From assembly GCA_963703315.1 (NCBI GenBank), contig OY969811.1, positions 1,440,001-1,504,000 of the forward strand: a stretch of 64,000 bases of DNA, given 5' to 3'. Positions 32,514-43,320 of the stretch are shown here, one piece after another. The position numbers and the translations under genes were made by a program. The number at the start of each line of letters is the position of its first letter. Within the stretch, counting starts at the first letter, position 1. Under the pieces are notes generated by a model. It was not told the origin of the DNA. It saw nothing but the letters and a program-made list of their open reading frames with translations, and searched no databases. The stretch comes from an uncultured cyanobacterium (GTDB lineage Bacteria > Cyanobacteriota > Cyanobacteriia > Pseudanabaenales > Pseudanabaenaceae).

Positions 32514-35441
32514 CTAATTATTGAGTGATTTTCGATTACGCAGAAATAACTTGCGAATTTCTTCTGCGCCGATCAGAATAGGCGGACAGGCTAACAAAAT
32601 TAACCAATGCCAATCTGCTAGCGAAGCTGTTCCAAACACTTGCCTGAAGGGAGGGAAATCGATGAATGCAAAGAGCGCAACACATTCCACACTAATTCCC
32701 AACCAGAGCAAACCATTATTTGCTAAGGACTGACGGAATATGGAACTCCAAGAAGACCGACAGGCGAATAAATTGCCCACTTGACAAGCGACGATCGCGG
32801 CTAGGGTCATAGTTGTAGCTTGGCGATAGATGGCTGTCACAGTAGGATCGGCTGTATGGTTGAGAATCATCGGTGTAACTTGTTGCAAGTCTGCCAAAGA
32901 ATAGCCATAACTCCACCAAACTATAAAGAACCCTAACATTGAAAGAACTGACTCTATTACTCCCAGAAATAGATAGGCACGAAGTAGTAAGGGAACATTG
33001 AGCAGAAATTCTTTTTTGGGACGGGGCGGACGATCCATAATTCCTACTTCGGGATTTTCAGCACCGAGCGCAAGAGCAGGAACCATATCTGTACCCAGAT
33101 CTACAGCCAGAATTTGTAAGATAGTCAGTGCGGGAGGAATTTTAAAGGCAACCATTCCTAAAAAAGGCACGATTTCGGGAACGTTGGAAGCGAGAATATA
33201 GGTCATAAACTTACGAATATTCTGATAGATCGCCCGTCCTTGCTCGATCGCTACCACAATTGTCGCAAAGTTATCATCCGTCAACACAATATCTGCGGCT
33301 TCCCTTGCCACATCCGTTCCATTCTGTCCCATCGCAATCCCAATATTAGCGGCACGCAGGGCAGGAGCATCATTTACGCCATCTCCTGTAACTGCGACAA
33401 TTTCGCCGATATCTTTGTAGGCTTGTACTAATCGCAATTTATGTTCAGGAGACATTCTCGCAAACACTAAACCATAGCGATATTTCACTACCTGTCGTAG
33501 TTGGGCATCGGAGAGATGTCCCATGCCTTCACCTGTGACTACGCGCACTTTTTCGCTGACCAAGCCAATTTGACGGGCGATCGCTTCCGCAGTTAGTCCA
33601 TAGTCCCCTGTAACCATCGTGACTTTGATACCTGCTTGATGACATTGGGCGATCGCTTTGGGTACTTCTTCACGGGGTGGATCGAACATCGCCACTAACC
33701 CGATAAAGATTAAATCTTGTTCTAAATCCTGAGCCTTGAGATCGATTAATTCCTGTCCGCCTTGACGTGCTGCCAGTCCTAGCACCCGAAATCCTTGCCT
33801 TGCCAAATCATCATTAGTTTTGACAACTTCATCCCAATATTCATGGGTCAATTCCTGAGCTTGACCATCGCGCAAAAGCGAATGACAATGTTTGAGAACT
33901 TCCAATGGTGCGCCCTTGGTAAAAGCCAGATTGGGAAACTCACTAGACCATAGTTCTGAATCTTGCCACTTTAATACTACTGTCATCATCAGGCGGCGTG
34001 AGTCAAAGGGAAGTTCCCGTAAGCGTGGATACTGTTTTTGGAGTTCTTCTAAATTTAGTTCTGCCTTGCCCGCCGCTACCAATAGAGCCGCCTCAGTAGG
34101 GTCGCCAATTTCTTGCCAACGACTCGGCGCATTCAGATGAACTAATCGCGCATTAGAACAAAGGGCTGAGCCGATTAGCAAAACCTTCACTTTCCAAGCA
34201 ATTTCTGAATCTGTGGGAATATTCACCTTGCCACTGGTGGGATCGTAACCTGCCCCCGTGACTTCAATCAGCCTGTTATTTAGGACATCATGAGAATTAG
34301 AATCAGGATGCTGGGATGGTTCGAGTTCTGTCGGTAGCCAGAGATAACGCACCGTCATTTCATTCTTGGTCAAAGTGCCAGTTTTGTCGGTACAAATTAC
34401 TGTAGTTGCGCTCAGCGTTTCCACGGCTGACAGTCTCCTCACCAGAGCATTACGTCTTGCCATTCTCTTTACACCAAGGGCAAGAGCGAGGGTCACCGTC
34501 GGCAACAAACCTTCAGGGACATTGGCGACAATAATCCCGATCGCAAAGATAAAGCTCTCAGTAATATTCATGCCAATCAGCAAATAGCTGAGCGCAAATA
34601 CAGTCGCACCCATGCCAAGGGCGATCGCTGTAATCAGTCGCACAATCCGCGCCACTTGGATTTCTAGCGTACTCGGTTCACGCTTGACCACAGTAGTCAA
34701 ATGCGCTACTTGCCCAAATTCTGTCTGTGCGCCTGTGGCATAAACTACGGCTACGGCTCTGCCTGCGGCTACGGTTGAACCTGCTAGTACTAGATTCGCA
34801 ATTTCCGATGGATTTACCTTTTCCTGTAAAGGCTGTTCTCCCTGACGTTGCATAGGCTTACCACCACGCACCGAGACTGCCTCCCGTAACCTTACAGGAT
34901 AAGCATTTCTAGCTACAGGCAATGATTCTCCTGTCATTACCGATACATCCAGATATAAACTTTCTGATGAGATTAATCGCGCATCTGCGGAAATGCGATC
35001 GCCTTCTTCTAATTGCATCACATCACCACGCACCAGTTCTCGCGCAGGGATTTGCTTTAATTCTCCGTCTCGATAAACTTTCACTTGCATCGGCAAAACT
35101 TTTTTCAAAGCTGATAGTGCTTTCTCTGCTTGAAATTCTTGCCAAAAGCTAAAAATGGCATTAATCCAGATGACTGTCCAGACTGCCCAGCCTAGTTCAG
35201 GTGTGCGCGAAATAAAGGCAAGAATCCCTGCGACCCACAGCAGCAAAGCCATAAAGTGCGTCAATTGATCAATAAATCTTAGCCATAATGGACGATGGGC
35301 GGGTTCAGGTAATTCATTTGCGCCAAACTTCTCTAATCTGTCTATGGCTTCATCCTGAGACAATCCAGTGGCAGCAGTACTGAGAGATTCATAAACTTCT
35401 TCAAAGGATAACGCCCAGATCGGCTGGTGAAGTGATGCCAT
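32514..35441 (-). CDS. Cation-transporting P-type ATPase, Na,K/H,K-ATPase-like (P2C)
   Basis: TGES, IIVANVPEGLL, DKTGT, GDGVNDAPAL, SNVPEIVPF, DLGTDMVPA. Confidence 0.9.
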   Translation of the reverse strand: MASLHQPIWALSFEEVYESLSTAATGLSQDEAIDRLEKFGANELPEPAHRPLWLRFIDQLTHFMALLLWVAGILAFISRTPELGWAVWTVIWINAIFSFWQEFQAEKALSALKKVLPMQVKVYRDGELKQIPARELVRGDVMQLEEGDRISADARLISSESLYLDVSVMTGESLPVARNAYPVRLREAVSVRGGKPMQRQGEQPLQEKVNPSEIANLVLAGSTVAAGRAVAVVYATGAQTEFGQVAHLTTVVKREPSTLEIQVARIVRLITAIALGMGATVFALSYLLIGMNITESFIFAIGIIVANVPEGLLPTVTLALALGVKRMARRNALVRRLSAVETLSATTVICTDKTGTLTKNEMTVRYLWLPTELEPSQHPDSNSHDVLNNRLIEVTGAGYDPTSGKVNIPTDSEIAWKVKVLLIGSALCSNARLVHLNAPSRWQEIGDPTEAALLVAAGKAELNLEELQKQYPRLRELPFDSRRLMMTVVLKWQDSELWSSEFPNLAFTKGAPLEVLKHCHSLLRDGQAQELTHEYWDEVVKTNDDLARQGFRVLGLAARQGGQELIDLKAQDLEQDLIFIGLVAMFDPPREEVPKAIAQCHQAGIKVTMVTGDYGLTAEAIARQIGLVSEKVRVVTGEGMGHLSDAQLRQVVKYRYGLVFARMSPEHKLRLVQAYKDIGEIVAVTGDGVNDAPALRAANIGIAMGQNGTDVAREAADIVLTDDNFATIVVAIEQGRAIYQNIRKFMTYILASNVPEIVPFLGMVAFKIPPALTILQILAVDLGTDMVPALALGAENPEVGIMDRPPRPKKEFLLNVPLLLRAYLFLGVIESVLSMLGFFIVWWSYGYSLADLQQVTPMILNHTADPTVTAIYRQATTMTLAAIVACQVGNLFACRSSWSSIFRQSLANNGLLWLGISVECVALFAFIDFPPFRQVFGTASLADWHWLILLACPPILIGAEEIRKLFLRNRKSLNN

Positions 35442-35611
35442 GTTCGTTTACTCCTTAGATTTCTTACATTGCAAAAAGAAATTCTGTGCTTTATAGCTGC
35501 CCCTATTTGAGTGAGTTGCGGCGCAAAGCGCCGCAACTCACTCAAATGGTTTTAGGCTAGCGATAGCTATAACAGTCAAATTGGGAAAACCAAGTAATCT
35601 CAAATCCGATT

Positions 35612-35715
35612 TAAGTAGCTGGGCATAATTAAAAACCAGAACCAAAACCTGTGGCGCACGCGCAGCGTGCGCCACAGGTTTTGGGGTTTTATATTTAATT
35701 GCGCCCAGCTACTTA
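35612..35715. repeat. MITE/REP-like element family A (TAAGTAGCT...AGCTACTTA)
   Basis: Core gtggcgcacgc-gca-gcgtgcgccac; copies at 37402, 46732 and 47815. Confidence 0.85.
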
Positions 35716-35870
35716 GATAGTTTAGAGTGGCGGTGCAAAGCGTCGTCACTCTAAACTATTTTTATTTACAATCTGGATATTTACGAGATGCTATAGCAGT
35801 GTAGGTTTTGCTTATGCCATAAACCCAAGAAGCGAGTGGCGACGTGAAACGCCGCCACTCGCTTCTTGGG

Positions 35871-36464
35871 TTAGAGTTTAAAACTGCAAGTTTTTGTTAG
35901 AGATTGCTGCAACATCTTTTGATAGCTATCATCATCAATTTCATACGCCCCAAATCTCTCAAGGTGTGGGTTCATTAGCTGAGCATCAAATAAACCATAT
36001 CCCCGCGATCGCAAATGATCTACGAGCTTAACCATCGCTACTTTGGAACCTTCAGGAATTTTAAAAAACATTGACTCGCCGATAAAAACGCCCCGAATGG
36101 CAAGCCCTAAAATTCCACCAGCTAATTGATCACCTTGCCATGTCTCAAAGCTATGCGCCCAACCTGCTTGATGCAAATTAAAATATAGCGATCGCATTTC
36201 TTTGGAAATCCATGTCGTTTCGCGATCGGCACAACCCGATACAACCTGCTCAAAGGCACTATCGATCTTCACTTCAAAGCGATTTTGATTAATGACACGC
36301 TGCAAAGATTTGGGATATCGAAAGTATCGAAAGTGCTGATCGAGGGGAATCAAGGTACGTGCATTGGTGTAATACCACTCAATCGGCTGTCCATCGCCTT
36401 CGGACATCAAAAAGTAGCCTTGGGAATAACCATCAATAATGCTGCGGATATCAAACCTTTCCAC
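35871..36464 (-). CDS. aat: Leucyl/phenylalanyl-tRNA--protein transferase
   Basis: GYFLM, TWIS, AHSFETW, FIGESMF, DAQLMNPHLERFGA. Confidence 0.95.
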   Translation of the reverse strand: MERFDIRSIIDGYSQGYFLMSEGDGQPIEWYYTNARTLIPLDQHFRYFRYPKSLQRVINQNRFEVKIDSAFEQVVSGCADRETTWISKEMRSLYFNLHQAGWAHSFETWQGDQLAGGILGLAIRGVFIGESMFFKIPEGSKVAMVKLVDHLRSRGYGLFDAQLMNPHLERFGAYEIDDDSYQKMLQQSLTKTCSFKL

Positions 36465-36647
36465 AAATTTCCAACTCGCGAGTAGAGAATTTAATGCTGT
36501 AACTTATTTTAAAGTCTCTTTACAAATCAACATAGTTATTCGTGTGATTCCAGATGGTCAAATCAGACAATTAAATGAAAAATCGCGCAGTATTTACATC
36601 GATTAACTTTCAACAACATCGAACTTTTAACAACATTCCAAAAGCTT

Positions 36648-36775
36648 AAAAAAATAAATGGCTCACTCGATTTAAGTAAAATTACTTATCTAGAGTGAAC
36701 CATTTATTTATATAAATTGTTCTTAAATTTGGTATTGAAGTTCAGAATCTTTAAATGAGCCGATTCCGTTTGAAT
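36648..36775 (-). ncRNA. Putative ~128-nt sRNA, copy 1 (possibly PsrR1-like)
   Basis: Minus strand: CAAAAT -10-like box, 6 nt, ATTCAAACGGAATCGGCTCAT, A-rich linker, long terminator hairpin and U tract. Paralogous to 36993..37120. Family assignment is from memory and unverified. Confidence 0.6.
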
Positions 36776-36992
36776 GATTATATTTTGCAAGATCTTGATC
36801 AAAAACTGGGATCGCTTAATATTTTCTTTATAATTCTAGTCGGCAATTTTACTTGAGTTTAAATACTTACATCAAAAGTCTTGATGGCTCTAAATCCCAT
36901 ATCTCTGAGTAAAAATACTTAGATTTTGTGTGTGGTTATCCCTAATTGACAAAATTAGCCGCGATTAAAACGAAATTATTAAGAATTCCTAT

Positions 36993-37120
36993 AAAAATAA
37001 GTGGCTTCTTGGAGCTAGGTAAAAATTACCATTTGCCTTAAGAAACCACTTATTTTGTTATTTGTTTATTAAGTTTGTATTTAAATTCAGAGCCTATATA
37101 TAAGCTGGCTCCGTTTGAAT
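36993..37120 (-). ncRNA. Putative ~128-nt sRNA, copy 2 (possibly PsrR1-like)
   Basis: Minus strand: CAAAAT, 6 nt, ATTCAAACGGAGCCAGCTTAT, then hairpin AAAATAAGTGGTTTCTT...AAGAAGCCACTTATTTTT; offset 345 bp from copy 1. Confidence 0.6.
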
Positions 37121-37401
37121 GTCTCTATTTTGATCGAAAATTTGTCACTTTGGGGATCACTTAATATTTTCTTTACAGTTAATTTTCTAACTTTAAAGCT
37201 TGAGTATTTGTACTTATTCTTTTAGCTATTCTAAAACGTGTTTTTGACGATATTAGCTAGCATATTTATTGATTTGGACACCTATCTAATATTGATTTTT
37301 TTATTAAATTTACTGATTCTTTAATATTGACTTTTATATAGATTTATCTCTTTTTATATCGATACATATCATTTGCGTAACAAAGTTTCCCAAAAGCTGC
37401 A

Positions 37402-37506
37402 TAAGTAGCTGGGCGCAATTAAATATAAAACCCCAAAACCTGTGGCGCACGCTGCGCGTGCGCCACAGGTTTTTGCTCTGGTTTTTTAATTATGCCTAGC
37501 TACTTA
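37402..37506. repeat. MITE/REP-like element family A, inverted relative to 35612
   Basis: Near-exact reverse complement of 35612..35715. Confidence 0.85.
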
Positions 37507-37609
37507 GGTACGGAAACACGCACTCTTTATCAAGGTAGAACCGATCCAGCTAAAAATCTAGACACTCTAAGATATTCACAGATGTTTAAACCATAGGAGG
37601 TAACTCGCG

Positions 37610-40228
37610 ATGCAACCAACTAATCCTAATCAATTTACTGAAAAAGCATGGGCGGCGATCGCAAGAACACCCGACGTGGTGAAAGCAGCCCAACAACAAC
37701 AAATCGAACCAGAACATTTGCTAAAAGCTTTGCTAGAGGAAGAAGGACTAGCAGCAAGTATTTTTAGCAAAGCGGGGATCAATATTCAACGGTTGCGCGA
37801 TCGCACCGATGAGTTTATTAATCGACAGCCCAAAGTATCGAGTTCTAATAGTGCAGTCTACTTAGGCAAAAATTTAGATGTATTACTAGATCGTGCCGAC
37901 AAGGAACGTAAAAGTTTTGGTGATGAGTTTATCTCCATTGAGCATATTCTGCTGCCCTACTGCAAAGACGATCGCTTTGGGAAGACCTTATATCAAGAAA
38001 TGGGACTTGATGAAGCTAAGCTCCGTAACATCATTCAGCAAGTCCGAGGCAATCAAAAAGTGACTGACCAAAATCCCGAAAATAAATATGAAGCGTTGAC
38101 CAAATATGGTCGCGATCTCACCGAACTGGCACGTGAGGGCAAGCTTGATCCTGTGATTGGGCGTGATGATGAAATTCGCCGCACGATCCAGATTTTGTCA
38201 CGCCGTACTAAAAATAATCCTGTCTTAATTGGTGAACCAGGAGTTGGTAAAACGGCGATCGCTGAAGGTTTGGCTCAACGCATTCTTAGTGGTGATGTGC
38301 CTGAATCGCTGCAAGGTCGTAAGCTGATTGCCCTTGATATGGGTGGACTGATTGCGGGTGCAAAGTATCGTGGTGAATTTGAGGAAAGACTAAAGGCAGT
38401 TCTTAAGGAAGTTACCGAGTCTAACGGTCAATTCATTCTATTTATCGATGAAATTCACACCGTCGTTGGTGCGGGCGCGACACAGGGCGCAATGGATGCG
38501 GGTAACTTACTGAAGCCCATGTTGGCACGGGGTGAGTTGCGCTGTATCGGTGCAACGACTTTGGATGAATATCGTAAATATATCGAGAAAGATGCCGCCC
38601 TTGAGCGTCGTTTCCAACAGGTATATGTCGATCAGCCGAATGTCGAAGATACAATCTCGATCCTACGTGGCTTGCGCGATCGCTACGAGTTACATCATGG
38701 TGTAAAAATCTCCGACACCGCACTAGTAGCCGCCGCCACTTTGTCGAATCGCTATATTAGCGATCGCTTTTTACCAGACAAGGCGATCGATCTGGTCGAT
38801 GAGTCTGCCGCCAAGCTGAAAATGGAAATTACTTCCCAACCTGAAGCCCTTGATGAAATCAATCGTAAGGTGATTCAGCTTGAGATGGAATGTCTGTCTC
38901 TGAAAAAGGAAACTGACCGCGAATCCCTAGATCGTCTGGAAAAACTGAATAAAGAATTAGGTGATCTCAAAGAAGAGCAAACCACCCTCAAAGCTCAATG
39001 GGAAGCCGAAAAGCAAGTCATTGATAACATCCGTAAGCTCAAGGAAGAGATTGAACACGTCAATGTGGAAATTCAGCAATATGAGCGCGATTACGATCTC
39101 AATAAAGCTGCGGAACTCAAGTATGGCAAGCTGACGGATTTACAGCGTCAATTAGAAGTTGGTGAGGTCAATCTTAAGGAAGCACAAACCTCTGGGCGAT
39201 CGCTCTTACGTCAAGAAGTTACTGAAGAAGACATTGCCGAAATCATTTCTAAATGGTCAGGTATTCCTGTCAGCAAGTTAGTTGAGTCTGAGAAAGAAAA
39301 ACTGTTACAACTCGAAGATGTACTGCATAATCGCGTAGTTGGTCAAGAGGAGGCAGTAACAGCGATCGCCGATGCGATTCAACGTTCTCGCGCAGGACTT
39401 GCTGATCCCAATCGCCCGATCGCCAGCTTCATTTTCTTAGGACCAACGGGTGTTGGTAAAACGGAACTGGCTAAAGCCCTTGCCGCTTATCTCTTCGACA
39501 CTGAAGAGTCAATGGTACGCATCGATATGTCCGAATATATGGAGAAACACAGCGTTTCCCGTCTAGTCGGCGCACCTCCTGGGTATGTCGGTTATGAAGA
39601 AGGTGGGCAACTTACGGAAGCTGTGCGTCGTCGCCCTTATGCTGTAATTCTCTTTGATGAAATCGAGAAAGCCCATCCCGATGTGTTTAACATCATGTTG
39701 CAAATCCTTGATGATGGACGTGTGACAGATTCTCAAGGTCGCACCGTTGACTTTAAGAATTCGATTATTATCATGACCAGTAACGTTGGTTCACAATTTA
39801 TTCTCGATATTGCAGGCGATGATTCTAAGTATGAAGAAATGCGCGATCGCGTGATGGAGTCGATGCGCTCTAGTTTCCGTCCCGAATTCCTCAATCGTAT
39901 TGATGAAATTGTGATCTTCCATGCTTTACGCCGCGAAGAGTTACGCCGTATCGTCAAGCTCCAAGTTCAACGTTTAGAGAAGAGACTAGGCGATCGCCGC
40001 ATGACGCTCAAACTTGCGGATGCTGCCCTAGACTTCATTGCGGAAGTTGGCTATGACCCTGTATACGGAGCGCGTCCATTAAAACGCATTATTCAGCGTC
40101 AATTGGAAACTCAAATCGCGAAGGGCATTTTACGTGGAGACTTCAGTGATGGCGACACAATTTTTGTGGACATTGAAAATGAACGTCTTGCCTTCAAACG
40201 GCTGTCCGCAGGTTTAGTTAGCGTTTGA
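37610..40228 (+). CDS. clpB: ATP-dependent chaperone ClpB
   Basis: Two AAA+ domains ([16 protein letters not shown]) and coiled-coil middle domain; 872 aa. Confidence 0.97.
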   Translation: MQPTNPNQFTEKAWAAIARTPDVVKAAQQQQIEPEHLLKALLEEEGLAASIFSKAGINIQRLRDRTDEFINRQPKVSSSNSAVYLGKNLDVLLDRADKERKSFGDEFISIEHILLPYCKDDRFGKTLYQEMGLDEAKLRNIIQQVRGNQKVTDQNPENKYEALTKYGRDLTELAREGKLDPVIGRDDEIRRTIQILSRRTKNNPVLIGEPGVGKTAIAEGLAQRILSGDVPESLQGRKLIALDMGGLIAGAKYRGEFEERLKAVLKEVTESNGQFILFIDEIHTVVGAGATQGAMDAGNLLKPMLARGELRCIGATTLDEYRKYIEKDAALERRFQQVYVDQPNVEDTISILRGLRDRYELHHGVKISDTALVAAATLSNRYISDRFLPDKAIDLVDESAAKLKMEITSQPEALDEINRKVIQLEMECLSLKKETDRESLDRLEKLNKELGDLKEEQTTLKAQWEAEKQVIDNIRKLKEEIEHVNVEIQQYERDYDLNKAAELKYGKLTDLQRQLEVGEVNLKEAQTSGRSLLRQEVTEEDIAEIISKWSGIPVSKLVESEKEKLLQLEDVLHNRVVGQEEAVTAIADAIQRSRAGLADPNRPIASFIFLGPTGVGKTELAKALAAYLFDTEESMVRIDMSEYMEKHSVSRLVGAPPGYVGYEEGGQLTEAVRRRPYAVILFDEIEKAHPDVFNIMLQILDDGRVTDSQGRTVDFKNSIIIMTSNVGSQFILDIAGDDSKYEEMRDRVMESMRSSFRPEFLNRIDEIVIFHALRREELRRIVKLQVQRLEKRLGDRRMTLKLADAALDFIAEVGYDPVYGARPLKRIIQRQLETQIAKGILRGDFSDGDTIFVDIENERLAFKRLSAGLVSV

Positions 40229-40268
40229 TGTTAAAGAGTGGCAGTGCAAAGCATCGTCACTCTTTAAC

Positions 40269-41468
40269 TTAGGCAAACCAACTTTGAAAATCCTCTAGGG
40301 GGACAATCACAAAAGGATTATCTTTTAAGAGATTAATTACACTCTGATTTGAGGGATTAAGCGCCTCCAATAGACGCTCTCTAAAAGCTGAATTTTCTCT
40401 TGCCTGATAACGAAGTTCTAATTTAAACAGAGTTTGGCGATCGCTTTCAGTAGCGTCAATATAGCGGTTAGAATACTCCTCGGATAACTGTTCAAAGATT
40501 AAACGAAGTTCTTCAATGAGAATTTGCTCCTGTAAAATTTCTGAGCCTCGTTGTTCTAATTCTGAAACCGCAGTTCCCTTTTTTACCAATTTTACAAAAT
40601 CTCCCTCAGCAAATGTTGCTTTGGGATTGAAGGGACGGCGATCTTTATACCTTCTGAGAATATAATCGGGTAAGACGTTAAGAATATGATTTAAATAGAT
40701 AGAATCACAAACTACTTGATCAAAATTTGTGTCGGCATCAATTAGCCAGTCTTGGATACAAGCATCAGTGAAGGTTGCAGCACTAAAGTTGGTATCTAAA
40801 GCTTTAACTCGAAATAAATCTGCACCACCAAGATTTGCACCAGTTAAATTTGCTTTGCTTAAGTTAACGCCAAATAGTTTAGCTTTACTCAGGTTCGCTC
40901 TAGCAAGATTTGCCTCAAACAAGTTGGCAAAATCAAGATTTGCTTCACTGAGATTGGTATCACTGAGATTCGCTCCTTTGAGATTTGTCTGATTGATAAT
41001 TACAGAAGGAACTGTACTGTTGAGCAAAAGAGATTGAATATTTTTTGCTTTGACAAATTCAGGAATACCGAGACTCAGATTAGCTCTGTAAAGATTCGCA
41101 TGACTAAGATCTGCACCAGTAAGATTAGCTTCACAAAGAATTGCTTCAGTTAAAACTGCTCTTTGCAGAGTTGCATCTTGAAGTTCTGCACCACTAAGCA
41201 GGGCGACGCTAAGATTTGCATCGTTAAGATTGGCTCCACTTAGTTTCGCCCCAAATAATGTAGCTTCGCTGAGATTTGCGCCACTGAGATTTGCTTCGCT
41301 AAGGTTTGCGCCACTGAAGTTGACTTTACTCAGATTAGCTTGACTGAGATCGATCTTTTCAAAATTTGCGCCAGCCGCACTAAATCTTTGACCATTCTCT
41401 CCATGACTATCCAACCATAGCTTATGTTTGGCTAAGCTTTCTTTGAGAGACATTTTAAAAATTGCCAT
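40269..41468 (-). CDS. Pentapeptide repeat protein
   Basis: A(N/D)LS.ANL repeats over about 230 aa. Confidence 0.9.
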   Translation of the reverse strand: MAIFKMSLKESLAKHKLWLDSHGENGQRFSAAGANFEKIDLSQANLSKVNFSGANLSEANLSGANLSEATLFGAKLSGANLNDANLSVALLSGAELQDATLQRAVLTEAILCEANLTGADLSHANLYRANLSLGIPEFVKAKNIQSLLLNSTVPSVIINQTNLKGANLSDTNLSEANLDFANLFEANLARANLSKAKLFGVNLSKANLTGANLGGADLFRVKALDTNFSAATFTDACIQDWLIDADTNFDQVVCDSIYLNHILNVLPDYILRRYKDRRPFNPKATFAEGDFVKLVKKGTAVSELEQRGSEILQEQILIEELRLIFEQLSEEYSNRYIDATESDRQTLFKLELRYQARENSAFRERLLEALNPSNQSVINLLKDNPFVIVPLEDFQSWFA

Positions 41469-41515
41469 GCTAGCTCCCTCTAAATTAACTTGATAAAATG
41501 GATGCTGAATAGGCT

Positions 41516-42235
41516 TTAGGTAAGATGGCGATAGGCATTAAAAGGAATCCCAGTGCGTCTTTTGATATCCATAATTGATTTGAATTCACCTCGAAGCTGA
41601 CGTTCTTCAGCGATCGCTTTAGCGGCGTTTGGTTCTATTCCTAAGCCAATCAAATCATCGACATTCATGGAGTTAATCCGTTTCCATGAGTAACCTGCTT
41701 CTTGGCGATAGTCATAACTAAAAACCACCATCGGCTCGATTTTTTTGAGAGTAGTATTAGGAATTTCGAGGATGTCATGAAGTTCTTCAAGGCTAGTAAA
41801 AATATGACCTTCATCGCGCAGGGAGTCAATATCATTGGCATAGACAATTGGTAAGCCCAAAACATTTACCAAGTCATTTTTAGAACAGGCATTAATATCA
41901 ACTTTGGGACGATGGGCAGCGATCGCCGTAAATAGTTTCGGATCTTCAGGTAATGCTAAATGCTTGGGGTAGGTTTTGACTAGGTAATCGCGTTTAATGG
42001 CAAAAGCTGTAGCAACTTGAGCAATCCAGACAAGGGTAAAAAAGTTAGACAGAATTGTTACTGAAGAGAAAACGGTCGCTACAGCAACAAATCCAGCACC
42101 AATGCCAATCCAAGTTTTCGAGTCAGATTTGACACCAGCATAGGCGATCGCACCACCACCTAATACGGGAATACAAGACCACCAAACCCAATTGGGTGTT
42201 TGATCAAACCATGAGGGTTGAGACATAGTAATCAA
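41516..42235 (-). CDS. Membrane protein with ComEA-like helix-hairpin-helix domains
   Basis: N-terminal TMs, VDINACSKNDL, ERQLRGEFKS. Confidence 0.75.
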   Translation of the reverse strand: MITMSQPSWFDQTPNWVWWSCIPVLGGGAIAYAGVKSDSKTWIGIGAGFVAVATVFSSVTILSNFFTLVWIAQVATAFAIKRDYLVKTYPKHLALPEDPKLFTAIAAHRPKVDINACSKNDLVNVLGLPIVYANDIDSLRDEGHIFTSLEELHDILEIPNTTLKKIEPMVVFSYDYRQEAGYSWKRINSMNVDDLIGLGIEPNAAKAIAEERQLRGEFKSIMDIKRRTGIPFNAYRHLT

Positions 42236-42293
42236 ATTTATGACTGGTTATTGACTATTAAACCCTAAAAACTAATGGCTTAATAGTTAAAAG

Positions 42294-42635
42294 CTAAATA
42301 TTCTTCAGTAACTTCTTCCGCTTTTCTTCATATTCTTCAGCAGTAATTACACCTTCATCATAAAGTTTTTTAAGATCGCTGAGTGCGGCTGTAGAGTCTC
42401 TGACAGAAGCTGTAGATTGAAATGCACCACCATTAAACTTGCGATTAAACTCACTATCAGACATCACCAGTAACATGATGAACTCGATAAATGCAGCTAT
42501 GGATGGAATACCAGTCCAGAAGAATAATAAATAGAGTAATCCCAATCCACTTTGCCCCAGATAAAATTTATGCGCCCCAAAAGATCCTAAAAAAAAGCAC
42601 CAAAGAATTGCTGTAGTTCTACTCTTCATCACCAC
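42294..42635 (-). CDS. TM2/NINE domain + SHOCT protein
   Basis: FFLGSFGAHKFYLG; LKKLYDEGVITAEEYEEKRKKLL. Confidence 0.85.
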   Translation of the reverse strand: MVMKSRTTAILWCFFLGSFGAHKFYLGQSGLGLLYLLFFWTGIPSIAAFIEFIMLLVMSDSEFNRKFNGGAFQSTASVRDSTAALSDLKKLYDEGVITAEEYEEKRKKLLKNI

Positions 42636-42709
42636 TTACCTCGTTTTTGTTTTCAAATTTTGAAAATGTCAAAGAAACTATATCCTCCTAAAGGACACTA
42701 GTTTAAATA

Positions 42710-42940
42710 TCACTTTACAAAATGCTTGTTTTTACTATTCTTTTCCAGTTTCTTGCTCAATAAATATACTAAGACTATACCTAGTTTGGCTTCAAGTAGA
42801 GTTATGTAAATTTGGAAGTAAGGATGGCTATCAGGATTAGCATTTAATGCAAATACTCCAATTCCCACAAGAGCGTAGGGTAGAAACCGCAGTTTCTTGG
42901 CTATGTTTGTTGCTGTCAAATGCTTAATGCCAGACATCAT
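42710..42940 (-). CDS. Small hypothetical membrane protein
   Basis: 76-aa ORF with two hydrophobic stretches, co-oriented with neighbours. Confidence 0.45.
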   Translation of the reverse strand: MMSGIKHLTATNIAKKLRFLPYALVGIGVFALNANPDSHPYFQIYITLLEAKLGIVLVYLLSKKLEKNSKNKHFVK

Positions 42941-43047
42941 TTTTTCTTTTCAGCAAGAGCGATCTCTAAGATAATGCCCTATTTATACTCAAAACTCAAT
43001 GTTGCGGTAGATTTCAGCTACCTAAGTCGAGTTACTCTCTGACTGTA

Positions 43048-43278
43048 TCAACTTGCATCCACTATCGATAGATTAATAGATTGCTCAGAATCTTCGCGTT
43101 GATTTTGGACTTGGTTAAAAATATCTTCAACTATGAACTGAATCTAGCCATTGATACCGATCCTTACTGTAGTTGCCATAACCTAGCTCAAATTGCCGTA
43201 AAATCTGATCATGCCATCAAATCAAAGAGAATCAGTCAATGCTTGATAGCTCAAGCGATTAATTTCTAAAGGTGTCAT
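43048..43278 (-). pseudogene. Degraded small antitoxin-like gene
   Basis: Hand translation MTPLEINRLSYQALTDSL*FDGMIRF/LRQFELGYGNYSKDRYQWLD with an internal stop and frameshifts; resembles small cyanobacterial partners of PIN toxins. Confidence 0.55.
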
Positions 43279-43320
43279 TATGATTTTAATCGCCTTAAAT
43301 TTCACTAAACTAATACTAAT

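Noticed and set aside
36465..37400. AT-rich gap as a replication origin
   Set aside because: No DnaA-box cluster seen; its structure is explained by two promoter-sRNA-terminator units.
40700..41380. 15-bp periodicity as a DNA tandem repeat
   Set aside because: It reflects the pentapeptide repeat coding sequence.
43081..43269. 62-aa + strand ORF
   Set aside because: Better explained as the antisense of the decayed minus-strand gene at 43048..43278.
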